A DNA stretch of 64,000 bases, from positions 1 through 64,000 of the forward strand of contig JAAFKA010000014.1 of NCBI GenBank assembly GCA_013299115.1. Reading direction: 5' to 3'. The DNA is from Cytophagales bacterium. Its GTDB lineage: Bacteria > Bacteroidota > Bacteroidia > Cytophagales > Thermoflexibacteraceae. The notes beneath the pieces are model-generated. The model worked only from the letters and a program-made list of their open reading frames with translations, did not search any database and was not told the DNA's origin. Each line of letters begins with the position of its first letter. The first letter of the stretch is position 1. Positions 50,221-60,482 of this stretch are shown piece after piece. A program made the translations under genes and the position numbers.

Positions 50221-50439
50221 GAATCAGCTTTGTTGAATACCTTTAATACCTTTGGTAAAACTTTTGATAAAACCTTTGGTTGCGAAAATAGTAATAAAAT
50301 TTAGTTCCTTGCAAAATTTTTGTAAACTTAATGTAAAAAAAACATTTTATTGCCTTTTCATAAGCAAAAATTTACTAACTTTACATTTGTGTATGTGCTT
50401 TTGGTTGCTACAACCAAAAGTTTTGTCGGTTAGAAAGTA

Positions 50440-50480
50440 GTACTTGCAGGTTTGAGAACCCGCAAGCACCGAGAGACCAC
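50440..50480. repeat. Hairpin (cttgcaggtt-tgag-aacccgcaag) plus agcac-type repeats, related to 40897-40950
   Basis: Shared ggtttgagaaNcc core and downstream (a)agcac repeats. Both copies lie about 80 bp upstream of a + strand start codon. Confidence 0.55.
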
Positions 50481-50489
50481 AAGCACAAA

Positions 50490-50951
50490 TTGGTTATTTG
50501 GTTTTACTTAACTTTAATGATGATGCAAACAAAACAACCTTTATTCCAAACGGACTATGTGCTGTTGGAATATTTACCCGATTGGCGTTGCTTGCGTGTA
50601 GAATGGAATGGATTTGTCCGTTCTGAACAGTACAAAGAAGGGCTTGACCAACTGCTTGCCTATTACAAACAACTACCTGTGCAAGCCGTTTTGATAGACC
50701 AACGCAAACGCAAAGTGTTGCAAAAAGAAGGTGCAGAATGGCTGCAAAGTGTGTGGTTTCCGCAATTTCATGCTGCCCTCAATGGTTCTGTCCGTTTTGC
50801 TTTTATCAACTCCGAAGATGTTTTTGGTAGGGCTACCTCCCAAGCCAATACATTGGAAATTGAGAAAAAGTATCAGCAAAATAAGCATACGATTGAGTAC
50901 AGGTACTTTGACGATTTGGCAGTGGCTTACCAATGGTTGGGTGTGAACTAA
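50490..50951 (+). CDS. hypothetical protein (about 140-153 aa)
   Basis: Clean ORF. No family recognised. Confidence 0.4.
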   Translation: MVIWFYLTLMMMQTKQPLFQTDYVLLEYLPDWRCLRVEWNGFVRSEQYKEGLDQLLAYYKQLPVQAVLIDQRKRKVLQKEGAEWLQSVWFPQFHAALNGSVRFAFINSEDVFGRATSQANTLEIEKKYQQNKHTIEYRYFDDLAVAYQWLGVN

Positions 50952-51166
50952 TGTAGTTTTTATTTTTTTGTTCAAATACTATGCTTGCATAGTATTTGAA
51001 CAGAATCTACTTTAATCCAAAAACTGTTTAAAAAGGATTAAACTTCTATTTTGTACATTGGTATTTCTTTTTGTAACTTTGTCTTAGTTTTTGCTTGTTT
51101 ATTACTAATTTATTCTACTTAAAATGCTGTTTTACAGTTATTTATCCAATACTCATCACATAATAA

Positions 51167-52429
51167 ATGGAAAAGTCGTATCAATATGCTCAACAGCAAG
51201 ACCTACAAGATAGTTTAGCTCATTTTCGCCAACAGTTTCATATTCCTACCCACAACGGACAGCCTTGCATTTATTTTTGTGGCAATTCGTTAGGTCTGCA
51301 ACCCAAAACGGCAAAGGAAGCCATTTTGATAGAGTTAGAGGACTGGGCAAATTTAGGTGTAGAAGGACATTTCAAAGGTCGAAATGCTTGGCTGCATTAC
51401 CATAAAAACCTCACTGCCACCACTGCCGAGTTAGTAGGGGCAAAACCTCATGAGGTGGTGGTGATGAACAACTTAACTGTTAATCTGCACCTATTGTTGG
51501 TTTCGTTTTACAATCCTACGCCACAACGCTATAAAATTTTGATGGAAGGCGGTGCTTTCCCCTCCGACCAGTATGCAGCCGAGTCGCAAGTAAAATTTCA
51601 CAGTTTTCAGCCCGAAGATGCCATTGTGGAACTCCACCCACGCACAGGAGAAACCACTTTGCGAACAGAAGACATAGAGGCAAAAATAGCTGAATTGGGC
51701 AGTTCATTGGCTTTGGTGCTGTTTGGAGGCGTAAATTACTACACAGGACAAGTATTTGAGATGCAACGCCTTACCAAAAAAGGGCATGAAGTAGGGGCAA
51801 AAGTAGGTTTCGATTTGGCACACGCCACAGGTAACATACGCCTGCACTTGCACGAATGGGAAACAGATTTTGCGGTTTGGTGTACTTACAAATACCTCAA
51901 TTCGGGTGCTGGCGGTACTTCGGGGGTATTTATTCACGAAAAATACGCCCAAGATAACTCCTTGCCACGTTTTGCAGGTTGGTGGGGACACAACGAAAAG
52001 GAAAGGTTTTTGATGAAAAAAGGCTTCCAACCCAGCTACGGAGCAGAAGGTTGGCAGTTGAGCAATGCCCAAATTTTACCTATGGCTGTTCACAAAGCCT
52101 CCTTAGACATTTTCAAAGCAGCAGGAATTGCCAACTTGCGAGCAAAGAGTGAAAAACTAACAGCTTTTGCAGTTTTTTTGATTGAGGAACTGAACAAAGA
52201 GCAAAAAAACATACAAATTCGCATCTTAACTCCTGCCCAACCCGCAGCAAGAGGTTGCCAACTATCCTTAGTTTTCAACAAAAACGGCAAGCAAATTCAC
52301 CAACAACTAACCGACAAAGGCATCGTAGCAGATTGGCGTGAGCCTGATGTCATACGCATTGCCCCTGTGCCTTTGTATAATACTTTTGTGGAAGTTTGGC
52401 GGTTTTATGAAGTTTTAAGAGAGTTATAA
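51167..52429 (+). CDS. kynU: kynureninase
   Basis: Class-V aminotransferase fold. The sequence is typical of bacterial kynureninases over its full length. Confidence 0.8.
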   Translation: MEKSYQYAQQQDLQDSLAHFRQQFHIPTHNGQPCIYFCGNSLGLQPKTAKEAILIELEDWANLGVEGHFKGRNAWLHYHKNLTATTAELVGAKPHEVVVMNNLTVNLHLLLVSFYNPTPQRYKILMEGGAFPSDQYAAESQVKFHSFQPEDAIVELHPRTGETTLRTEDIEAKIAELGSSLALVLFGGVNYYTGQVFEMQRLTKKGHEVGAKVGFDLAHATGNIRLHLHEWETDFAVWCTYKYLNSGAGGTSGVFIHEKYAQDNSLPRFAGWWGHNEKERFLMKKGFQPSYGAEGWQLSNAQILPMAVHKASLDIFKAAGIANLRAKSEKLTAFAVFLIEELNKEQKNIQIRILTPAQPAARGCQLSLVFNKNGKQIHQQLTDKGIVADWREPDVIRIAPVPLYNTFVEVWRFYEVLREL

Positions 52430-52466
52430 AAAATAAAACAACTGTTTAGCTTTTTATAACTATCAC

Positions 52467-53651
52467 TTAGTTTGCTTTTTTTAGCCTTGTAGCCAAAAAA
52501 AGAGCCAAAACAGCCACTGTAATAGAAAGATAGCCTACTTTGTCATAGTTGAAAATCACGCCATTTTGTTTGTTCACTATCACACCCGCCACGTAAGCAG
52601 CAGAGGCAGAGGCAGCATTTTGCATAGAGGAATTGATACTCATAAAACCTCCTCTGTTGTTGGCTGGCACAGCCTCCGAAATCATTGTAACGGCGGGTAC
52701 TGCCCTGCCGTTGCTAAGAACAAAAAATGCAGAAGTAATGCACAAGGCAAAATAAATAGGCATTGGGGGCAAATTGGTAATAACCCAAATAGGTAACAAA
52801 GTAAGTGTAGCAAAAATCAGAAAGATAGGCAATCTGCCGTATTTGTCAGCCAATTTTCCAACCAAAGGAGAGGAGAAAATGACACAAGCCCCACCACAAA
52901 AGTAAATCAAAGGCAACTCTTCTTGACTAAAACCCACATTGGAAACCATATAATCACTCAAAAATGGAATAATGGTAAACATACCAAAAAAGACTGTAAA
53001 CGAAAAAGCTAAGGCTTTGATTTGGTTAAAATCCGCAGCTATGTTCGACAAAACCACAAAAGGCGAAGTGGTGCTTTTTTGGTGTTTGAGGTGAGTAGCA
53101 AAGGAGGGAACAAAGAAAAAAATGGCACAGGTCGTAAGCACACCGCCAGCACCCAAAAACACAAAAGGTGCCTGCCAACCTAATTTGGTGGCTAAATACA
53201 AGCCAAAAGGCACGCCAAAAACCGAAGCAGCAGCAAAAGCAGCCATCACTGTTCCCATAGCAGCCCCGCGTCTTTCGGCAGGAATGGCATCACTGATGAT
53301 AGCCATGACCGTAGCCCCTAAAACTCCCCCAAAAATACCTGTTAAACTCCTTGCAAGTAGCAACATCTCGTAGGTTTTGGCAGCAGCACAGGCACAAGTT
53401 CCCAGCGTAAAGCCCATGTAAACGACCAAAAGCAAGGTTTTTCTATCGAACTTGTCGGCAAAAAAGGCACTCGAAAAGCCTGAAATTGCAGCCGTTAAGG
53501 TATAAGACGACACCAAAACCCCAAATTGTTTGGGCGACAAGGCAAATAATTTGCTCAATAATGGATTGAGAGGCATCATAATCATAAAATCCATGATATT
53601 GGTAAACTGTACCAAAGCCAAGAGGTAGAGTAATAGTTTTTCGTTTTTCAT
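52467..53651 (-). CDS. MFS transporter
   Basis: 12-TM profile with MFS signature regions. Confidence 0.8.
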   Translation of the reverse strand: MKNEKLLLYLLALVQFTNIMDFMIMMPLNPLLSKLFALSPKQFGVLVSSYTLTAAISGFSSAFFADKFDRKTLLLVVYMGFTLGTCACAAAKTYEMLLLARSLTGIFGGVLGATVMAIISDAIPAERRGAAMGTVMAAFAAASVFGVPFGLYLATKLGWQAPFVFLGAGGVLTTCAIFFFVPSFATHLKHQKSTTSPFVVLSNIAADFNQIKALAFSFTVFFGMFTIIPFLSDYMVSNVGFSQEELPLIYFCGGACVIFSSPLVGKLADKYGRLPIFLIFATLTLLPIWVITNLPPMPIYFALCITSAFFVLSNGRAVPAVTMISEAVPANNRGGFMSINSSMQNAASASAAYVAGVIVNKQNGVIFNYDKVGYLSITVAVLALFLATRLKKAN

Positions 53652-53813
53652 TCAGGTTTATATTTGCCTAATAGATTTGTACAAATTAGTTTTCAGTTGC
53701 AAGGTATAACAATACGAGCTAATAGTTGGAAAAATAAGACACTTTTATTTGTCTTACAATGCCATTATCAGTATTTTCGCAAACAATGCAATACAGTTTT
53801 AACCCAAAAAACG

Positions 53814-54911
53814 ATGAAAAAAAAGGTATTAGTGCTTACAGGTGGAGGCGACTGCCCAGGTTTGAATGCCGTCATTCGGGGCATAGTCAAAAGAGCTGCC
53901 CAAACCACAGACTGGGAAGTGATTGGTAGCAAGGAGGCTTACAATGGCGTATTGAGCAACCCCCAAGAAATAGTAACCTTAGACAACCGAGCCGTAGCAG
54001 GAATTCACGTCATTGGGGGAACTATCATTGGCACAACCAACAAAGGTGGTCCCTTTAACTGGGCGGTGCAGCAGCCTGATGGCAGTTGGAAAAACGAAGA
54101 CAGGTCAGCCGAGTTAGTCAAAAGATTGCAAGAACTCAATGTAGAGGCTATCATCAGTATTGGTGGCGATGGGTCGCAACGGATTTCGCAACAGTTGGTA
54201 GAAAAAGGACTAAAAATAGTGGGAGTTCCCAAGACCATAGACAACGACCTTTCGGCTACAGATTTTACTTTTGGTTTTCAAACCGCAGTACAAATAGCTT
54301 CTGATGCTTTTGATAAATTGGTAACAACAGCAGCCAGCCACCACCGCGTCATGATTTTGGAGGTTATGGGCAGAGAAGCAGGGTGGATAGCCTTGCATAC
54401 AGCTATGTCAGGCGGGGCAGAGGTCTGTTTAATTCCTGAAATTCCGTACAATATTCAAAAAATAGCCGAAAAAGTAAACAGTCGGTACAACAACGGCAAA
54501 GGTTTTGTGAATATTGTCATTGCAGAAGGGGCAAAACCACAAGGCGGCGGCATATCGGGTATGAAAAGCACAGAAGTAGGCTATGAAAATTTGCGATTGG
54601 CAGGGGCAGCTTACCGATTGTCGGCAGAACTCAAAGCTGTAGGTTGCAAGGCAGACATACGCGAAACTGTACTGGGGCATATTCAACGCGGAGGTAGTCC
54701 TTCGGCTTTCGACAGGGTATTGGCTACACAATTTGGGGTAAAAGCCTTTGAAATGGTGTTGGCGGGTGAGTTTGGTCGCATGGTAACGTATAAAAACAAC
54801 AACATTTCCACTGTTACATTGCAAGAAGCAGTAAGCAACTATAATTTTGTAGATGTCAATTCATATATAGTGAAAGCTGCCAGAGGAGTCGGTATTTCGT
54901 TTGGAGATTAA
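53814..54911 (+). CDS. pfkA: 6-phosphofructokinase
   Basis: LTGGGDCPGLNA ... GGDGS motifs. The start is at the internal Met MKKKVLV. Confidence 0.85.
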   Translation: MKKKVLVLTGGGDCPGLNAVIRGIVKRAAQTTDWEVIGSKEAYNGVLSNPQEIVTLDNRAVAGIHVIGGTIIGTTNKGGPFNWAVQQPDGSWKNEDRSAELVKRLQELNVEAIISIGGDGSQRISQQLVEKGLKIVGVPKTIDNDLSATDFTFGFQTAVQIASDAFDKLVTTAASHHRVMILEVMGREAGWIALHTAMSGGAEVCLIPEIPYNIQKIAEKVNSRYNNGKGFVNIVIAEGAKPQGGGISGMKSTEVGYENLRLAGAAYRLSAELKAVGCKADIRETVLGHIQRGGSPSAFDRVLATQFGVKAFEMVLAGEFGRMVTYKNNNISTVTLQEAVSNYNFVDVNSYIVKAARGVGISFGD

Positions 54912-55012
54912 AATTTTATATACTCCACAAGATTCTAAAACTCTTGTGGAGTGTGTGCTAATAAACTGCAAAGCTATGACTATCAAGTATTTACAATTTT
55001 TTGTTTCTTATC

Positions 55013-55729
55013 TTAAAAAGGAAACCGCAAAGGTTTTTCGCTAAGGGTAACTTTGCTGTATTTTATTTCGGCTTGCAACTGGGTGGTGGTTTGTTCGGAA
55101 GTAAGATAAGTAAAGATAGCCGAAGACAAAAAAGGAAACAACTTGTTGTTAATTTCTTGGAAATCAGCATAATCTATCCTGCCTTGATTGTTGGTTATTG
55201 CATCTTGCAACCAAACTTTATGAATTTTTTGGTTGTTGCCTACATAATTTTTTATCTCAACTGTTTTATTTTGTTGGCTTATTATCAAAAAATCATGCTC
55301 TTGGGCAGTAGCTGTGGCAGGGCTTTGGTCTATAAGGTTACCTGTGAGCAATGCTTCTATGTGAGCAAATCGCAAATCGAAACGCAAATCTTTTTTGAGT
55401 ATTGCAAAGGAAAAAGCATAGTTTTCTTGTTTGGTACGGTCTATAACTTTGATAGAATCTTGTGTTATCAACACCCGAACTACCTCCACGCCCAAGGCAG
55501 GACGAAAAGAAACCCATATAGCACTGTCTTTTTTTGCCCGAATTTCTACAGTAGACTTAAAACTTTGCTTACTATCTTGGTAATTTACTTTTGCCTTAGC
55601 AGTTAAATAGACAAAATTAACTTGTGAAATTATCCCTTTATTTTCAGGCAATCTAAAATCTTTGATAGGTTTGACAGTTTTGCAAGCTGCTAAAAAAAGA
55701 AATAGCAAAATAAGAAATTGCTTTGGCAT
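55013..55729 (-). CDS. hypothetical lipoprotein (DUF4292/LolA-like?)
   Basis: Signal peptide plus LAACK lipobox. The fold assignment is a guess. Confidence 0.45.
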   Translation of the reverse strand: MPKQFLILLFLFLAACKTVKPIKDFRLPENKGIISQVNFVYLTAKAKVNYQDSKQSFKSTVEIRAKKDSAIWVSFRPALGVEVVRVLITQDSIKVIDRTKQENYAFSFAILKKDLRFDLRFAHIEALLTGNLIDQSPATATAQEHDFLIISQQNKTVEIKNYVGNNQKIHKVWLQDAITNNQGRIDYADFQEINNKLFPFLSSAIFTYLTSEQTTTQLQAEIKYSKVTLSEKPLRFPF

Positions 55730-55784
55730 AAGTTTTTGAAGTTAAGAGTTGTCTATGATGGCAAGAGTAGTGCCGCAGATATAA

Positions 55785-55823
55785 TGCTTAGAAGTAACAT
55801 TTCTTTGAGAAATATTACTTCTA
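55785..55823. repeat. Palindromic repeat family member (cttagaagtaacatttct-ttgag-aaatattacttctaag)
   Basis: Shares the extended taatgc..agaa.taacatttct motif with the 47198 copy. Confidence 0.8.
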
Positions 55824-56065
55824 AGCTGATACCAGTATTATTTGTTTGACATTACTATCGCAAGACTGCAAAACTGCAAAATTTGATTTATTTTAACTAA
55901 CTACCAATCAAATAGTTATACTAATTTTTGATAAACCCCAAAAAAACTTCTACCTTTGTAAGAGTTTCATATAAACAAAGCCGTGAGGTCTAACAAGTGC
56001 CAGAAAGAAAGGGCAGCAAACAAGGCATTACCACAACTTTCTAAACAGTTGAAAACAATAACAAG

Positions 56066-58132
56066 ATGGCAAATTTTAAAAACAAAGGAACAGGGCAGAA
56101 AGGTGGTGGATATGGTAGCCGCAATAATTCCCAAAAAGAGACCAGAGGGTTTTCTGAAAACAGAAACCGCAGCAGTGCTGGCGGCGAATCCAAAAGATTT
56201 GGCAGCGACAAACCTAACTTTGAGAAAAAACGTAGTTTTGGCAGCGACAAACCAGCCTTTGAGAAAAAACGTAGTTTTGGTGGAGAGGACAAACCACGTT
56301 TCGAAAAACGTAGTTTTGGCAGCGACAAACCAGCCTTTGAGAAAAAACGCAGCTTTGGTGGTGAAGACAAACCACGTTTCGAGAAACGTAGTTTTGGCGG
56401 AGATAAACCCGACTTTGAGAAAAAACGCAGCTTTGGTGGTGAAGACAAACCACGTTTCGAAAAACGTAGTTTCGGTGGAGATAAACCCGACTTTGAGAAA
56501 AAACGCAGTTTTGGAGGAGAAGACAAACCACGTTTCGAAAAACGTAGTTTTGGCGGAGATAAACCAGCCTTTGAGAAAAAACGCAGCTTTGGTGGAGAAG
56601 ACAAACCACGTTTCGAGAAACGTAGTTTTGGCGGAGATAAACCAGCCTTTGAGAAAAAACGCAGTTTTGGAGGAGAAGACAAACCACGTTTCGAAAAACG
56701 TAGTTTTGGCGGAGATAAACCCGACTTTGAGAAAAAACGCAGTTTTGGAGGAGAAGACAAACCACGTTTCGAAAAACGTAGTTTTGGCGGAGATAAACCC
56801 GACTTTGAGAAAAAACGCAGCTTTGGAGGAGAAGACAAACCACGTTTCGAAAAACGTAGTTTCGGCGGAGATAAACCCGACTTTGAGAAAAAACGCAGCT
56901 TTGGAGGAGAAGACAAACCACGTTTTGAAAAACGCAGTTTCGGCAGTGATAAACCTGAATTTGAGAAAAAAAGTAGTGTTGGAAGCGAAGACAAACCACG
57001 TTTTGAGAAAAAGAATTTCAGTGACAATAAATCACGTTTCGAAAAACGTAGTTTCAGTAGCGACAAACCAGCTTTTGAGAAAAAAAGTAGTGTTGGAGGA
57101 GAAGACAAACCACGTTTTGAGAAAAAGAATTTCACTGACAATAAATCACGTTTCGAAAAACGTAGTTTCAGCAGCGACAAACCAGTTTTTGAGAAAAAAC
57201 GCAATTTTGTAGCAGACGAACCTGTTTTTGGAAAAAATAATGGCAAAGAAACCAACGAAGACGATTTGGGTTTTGAAGGTGGCGAAGGCAACAAAAACGA
57301 AAATACTTTCCGCAAAGACAACAAAAAGTTTGGGTTTGGTAAAAAACAAAGACCTGATTTCAATCCGATTGTAGAAACCAAGAAAAAGCACGTAACCGTA
57401 AAAAAAGCCGTTGGTGATGTGCATACCATACGCCTCAACCGTTTTATAGCCAATGCGGGTGTATGTTCACGCAGGGAGGCAGACGAATTGATAGCCACAG
57501 GACAGATAACTGTTAATGGCAAAGTGGTAATGGAAATGGGCTTTCAGGTGCATACGCATGATGACATACGCTATCAAGGCGAAAAACTGAACAGAGAAGC
57601 CTTAGTTTATGTGTTGCTCAATAAACCCAAAGACTTCATCACGACTACAGACGACCCCGAAGGCAGAAAAACTGTAATGGATTTGGTAAAACAAGTAGGC
57701 GATGAAAGAATTTATCCCGTTGGCAGACTTGACCGAAACACCACAGGTTTGTTGCTATTGACCAACGATGGCAAATTAGCCGATAAATTGTCGCACCCGT
57801 CGAGCAATGTGCATAAAGTTTACGAAGTGCTGTTAGACAAACCAATCACCGAAGAAGATTTGCAAAAACTTTTGACAGGCATCACCCTCGAAGACGGTTT
57901 GGCACAGGCAGACAAGGCTACAATGGTTACGCCTGATGGCATGGTGGTAGGCATTACCATTCACAGTGGCAAAAACAGGGTAGTTCGCCGTATGTTTGCA
58001 GAACTGAACTACGAAGTAGTGAAATTGGACAGAACTCACTATGCAGGCTTGACTAAAAAAGGAGTTGGCAGAGGAAATTGGCGTTTGCTCACTCCCCAAG
58101 AGGTTTTGCGACTAAAACATTTTACGCACTAA
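56066..58132 (+). CDS. rluB: 23S rRNA pseudouridine synthase (RluB/RsuA family) with a long N-terminal K/R/E-rich tandem-repeat extension
   Basis: The C-terminal 250 aa carry an S4 domain plus the PseudoU_synth_2 motif (RLDRNTTGLLLLTNDG). The N-terminus holds about 12 copies of a 24-aa unit. Confidence 0.8.
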   Translation: MANFKNKGTGQKGGGYGSRNNSQKETRGFSENRNRSSAGGESKRFGSDKPNFEKKRSFGSDKPAFEKKRSFGGEDKPRFEKRSFGSDKPAFEKKRSFGGEDKPRFEKRSFGGDKPDFEKKRSFGGEDKPRFEKRSFGGDKPDFEKKRSFGGEDKPRFEKRSFGGDKPAFEKKRSFGGEDKPRFEKRSFGGDKPAFEKKRSFGGEDKPRFEKRSFGGDKPDFEKKRSFGGEDKPRFEKRSFGGDKPDFEKKRSFGGEDKPRFEKRSFGGDKPDFEKKRSFGGEDKPRFEKRSFGSDKPEFEKKSSVGSEDKPRFEKKNFSDNKSRFEKRSFSSDKPAFEKKSSVGGEDKPRFEKKNFTDNKSRFEKRSFSSDKPVFEKKRNFVADEPVFGKNNGKETNEDDLGFEGGEGNKNENTFRKDNKKFGFGKKQRPDFNPIVETKKKHVTVKKAVGDVHTIRLNRFIANAGVCSRREADELIATGQITVNGKVVMEMGFQVHTHDDIRYQGEKLNREALVYVLLNKPKDFITTTDDPEGRKTVMDLVKQVGDERIYPVGRLDRNTTGLLLLTNDGKLADKLSHPSSNVHKVYEVLLDKPITEEDLQKLLTGITLEDGLAQADKATMVTPDGMVVGITIHSGKNRVVRRMFAELNYEVVKLDRTHYAGLTKKGVGRGNWRLLTPQEVLRLKHFTH
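56200..57190. repeat. 72-bp tandem repeat array within the rluB 5' region
   Basis: Repeating ...gaaaaacgtagttttggcgga/gataaacc...gactttgagaaaaaacgcagttttggaggagaagacaaaccacgtttc units. These also create long spurious ORFs in other frames. Confidence 0.9.
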
Positions 58133-58235
58133 GCAGACTATATTGTAAACGGATAGGAAATTGTGCTTTGGTAGGAGTTTGTGCTGTTTTTCAATAGCAC
58201 ATTCCTATTGTAGCAAGGACTACAAAGTACATAGA

Positions 58236-58275
58236 ATAAAAAAATCGTAGTACAACTCGATGTCGTGCTACGATT
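58236..58275. terminator. Bidirectional rho-independent terminator candidate
   Basis: aaaaaaatcgtagtac..gtgctacgatttttt lies between convergent rluB and rplW. Confidence 0.6.
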
Positions 58276-58293
58276 TTTTAGAAAAGCTTGTGT

Positions 58294-58617
58294 TTATGCC
58301 AAACCTTCTTCGGGTGCTACTTCTGCATTGCCGAAAAAGTCTATTACTTCTCCTGCTGCCAACTGCACCATAGCTTTTTTCATTACGCCTTTTTTACCAG
58401 AAGAAACACCACTTTTCGTTTGACGAGTTTTTGTTTTTCCATTGGTGCGGAGAGTGCGTACTTCCTCCACTGTTACGCCATAAGCATCTTCTATTGCTTT
58501 TTTCACTTGCAATTTGTTTACATTTCTTGCAACTTCAAAAGTATAGATACTTTTTTCATTACCTGCTGTTGATTTTTCGGTAAGAATTGGTCTTTTTAAT
58601 ATTTCAAAAGTTTCCAT
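58294..58617 (-). CDS. rplW: 50S ribosomal protein L23
   Basis: Recognised directly from the sequence. Confidence 0.9.
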   Translation of the reverse strand: METFEILKRPILTEKSTAGNEKSIYTFEVARNVNKLQVKKAIEDAYGVTVEEVRTLRTNGKTKTRQTKSGVSSGKKGVMKKAMVQLAAGEVIDFFGNAEVAPEEGLA

Positions 58618-58678
58618 TGTGATTTGATATTTTGAACAACCTTGCTCAACGGCAAAAACAGTTGAGCAAGGTTGAGGA

Positions 58679-59305
58679 TTAAGCTAAGATTGAAGATATT
58701 TTTTCAACAGCACCTTCGCAAAGAATCAAGGTGTCTGCGTTCAAGATGTCGTAAGTGTTTAAACTATCTACGCTTACCACGTTAGTTTTTGGCAAGTTGC
58801 GAGCCGACAAATAGACATTAGGCGTATGTTCAGGCAATACCAACAAAGTTTTTTTGCCGTTTAACGACAAGTTTTCCAACAATTTGATATACTCTTTGGT
58901 CTTTGGTGTAGCAAAATTGAAGTTTTCAACCACTTTGATAGACGTTTCTTGTGCTTTGTACGACAAGGCAGAACGACGTGCTAATTGGTTTACTTTTTTG
59001 TTGATTTTGAAACTGTAATCTCTTGGCACAGGACCGAATACACGACCACCACCTTTGTAAAGAGGGTTTTTGATGCTACCTTTACGGGCACCACCAGTAC
59101 CTTTTTGGCGGTGTAGTTTGCGAGTAGAGCCAGAAATTTCGTTTCTTTGTTTTGCTTTGTGCGTACCTTGACGTTGGTTAGCCAAATACTGTTTTACAGC
59201 CAAATACAACACGTGGTTGTTGGGCTGTACGGCAAAGATGTCTTCGGCAAGTGTTACTGTTCTGCCTGTATCTCCACCAGCTATATTGAATACTGATAAT
59301 TGCAT
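58679..59305 (-). CDS. rplD: 50S ribosomal protein L4
   Basis: HRQKGTGGARKGS...GGGRVFGP matches L4. Confidence 0.9.
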   Translation of the reverse strand: MQLSVFNIAGGDTGRTVTLAEDIFAVQPNNHVLYLAVKQYLANQRQGTHKAKQRNEISGSTRKLHRQKGTGGARKGSIKNPLYKGGGRVFGPVPRDYSFKINKKVNQLARRSALSYKAQETSIKVVENFNFATPKTKEYIKLLENLSLNGKKTLLVLPEHTPNVYLSARNLPKTNVVSVDSLNTYDILNADTLILCEGAVEKISSILA

Positions 59306-59353
59306 GATAAAGTTTTGTTAAATTTTCAAAACAAACGATAACGTTTGTTACTA

Positions 59354-59977
59354 CTATTTTTCGATATAGACAAAAGAGTTATTAGCTCCTGGTACAGAAC
59401 CACTTACCAACACCAAATTCTGTTCTGCAAAAATTTTCACCACTTTGAGGTTTTTTACTTTCACTCTGTCGCTGCCCATTCTGCCCGCCATGCGAGTAAG
59501 AGGGAACACACGAGCAGGGAAAGAACAAGCACCTATCGAACCTGCGTGACGCTGACGATTGTGCTGACCGTGGGTCTGTCCACCTACACCGCTAAATCCG
59601 TGGCGTTTTACAACACCTTGAAAACCTTTACCTTTTGAAGTGCCTACTACGGCTACTTTATCTCCCTCTGCCACTACATCGGCAAGGGTAATGGTTTGTC
59701 CTAACGTCAAAGATTCTTTGAAAGACGCAGCAAATTCTGCTATTTTGCGTTTAGGTGTAGTACCTGCTTTTTTGAAGTGTCCAATCAAAGCATTAGGCGT
59801 ATTTTTTTCTTTCTTTTCGCCATAAGCCAACTGAACAGCCTCGTAGCCGTCTATTTCGGTAGTTTTTACTTGTGTTACCACACAAGGACCTGCTTGAATC
59901 AGCGTACAGGCAATACTTTTGCCCTCACTGTCGAAGGTGCTGGTCATTCCGATTTTTTTTCCAATAATTGCGGACAT
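59354..59977 (-). CDS. rplC: 50S ribosomal protein L3
   Basis: [12 protein letters not shown] start and overall sequence. The ORF-track 5' extension was trimmed. Confidence 0.9.
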   Translation of the reverse strand: MSAIIGKKIGMTSTFDSEGKSIACTLIQAGPCVVTQVKTTEIDGYEAVQLAYGEKKEKNTPNALIGHFKKAGTTPKRKIAEFAASFKESLTLGQTITLADVVAEGDKVAVVGTSKGKGFQGVVKRHGFSGVGGQTHGQHNRQRHAGSIGACSFPARVFPLTRMAGRMGSDRVKVKNLKVVKIFAEQNLVLVSGSVPGANNSFVYIEK

Positions 59978-60288
59978 GGTAATGTAGTTTAATGAATTAC
60001 TTGGCTTCAATTCGTTGCTTTTTTGTAGTTTTTTAGCACTTACAAAACTCAACACCGAACAGCCTTACCTTTATTTTGGGCTGCAAATGTAGATACAATA
60101 TTTAGGATTAGCAAATTATTTGTGGTTTTATTTGTAACTAAAACTTTGCTTTTCTCAAAAACAGGTTTATCTTTATTAGGCATTATCCAAATTTTGTAGC
60201 ATAGACTTTACTCTGTACTGTTAAATCACTGAAAATCAATAAATTGTATAAAATCTAATGCTATTAAGTTAAAAAAAGAGCAAAACAA

Positions 60289-60482
60289 CCTCGAAGAGGT
60301 TGAACAGCAATAGCCCTACGTGAAACGTAGGGACAGTAAAGTAGCTTTTTAATCCAACCCCGCAGGGGTTGAACAATGATACAATAGGTGCAAGTGAGTG
60401 TTCAACCCCTTCGGGGTTGGATGTAATGATGACAATATACCCTACGTTGCACGTAGGGCTATTGATGTTCAACCTCTTCGAG
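60289..60482. repeat. ~200-bp imperfect palindrome built from three hairpin types in mirror order (A-B-C ... C'-B'-A')
   Basis: aacctcgaagaggtt, ccctacgtgaaacgtaggg and caaccccgcaggggttg on the left. On the right are caaccccttcggggttg, ccctacgttgcacgtaggg and caacctcttcgaggttg. Loops are GAA, GAAA and UUCG-like. Confidence 0.85.

Noticed and set aside
55983-57522. Long ORFs in alternative frames and on the opposite strand (409 aa +, 493 aa -, 261 aa -)
   Set aside because: They are artefacts of the 72-bp tandem repeat array, which keeps all frames open. Only the frame ending in the pseudouridine synthase domain is credible.
60269-60472. 67-aa minus-strand ORF
   Set aside because: It lies entirely within the multi-hairpin palindrome and shows no protein-like features.
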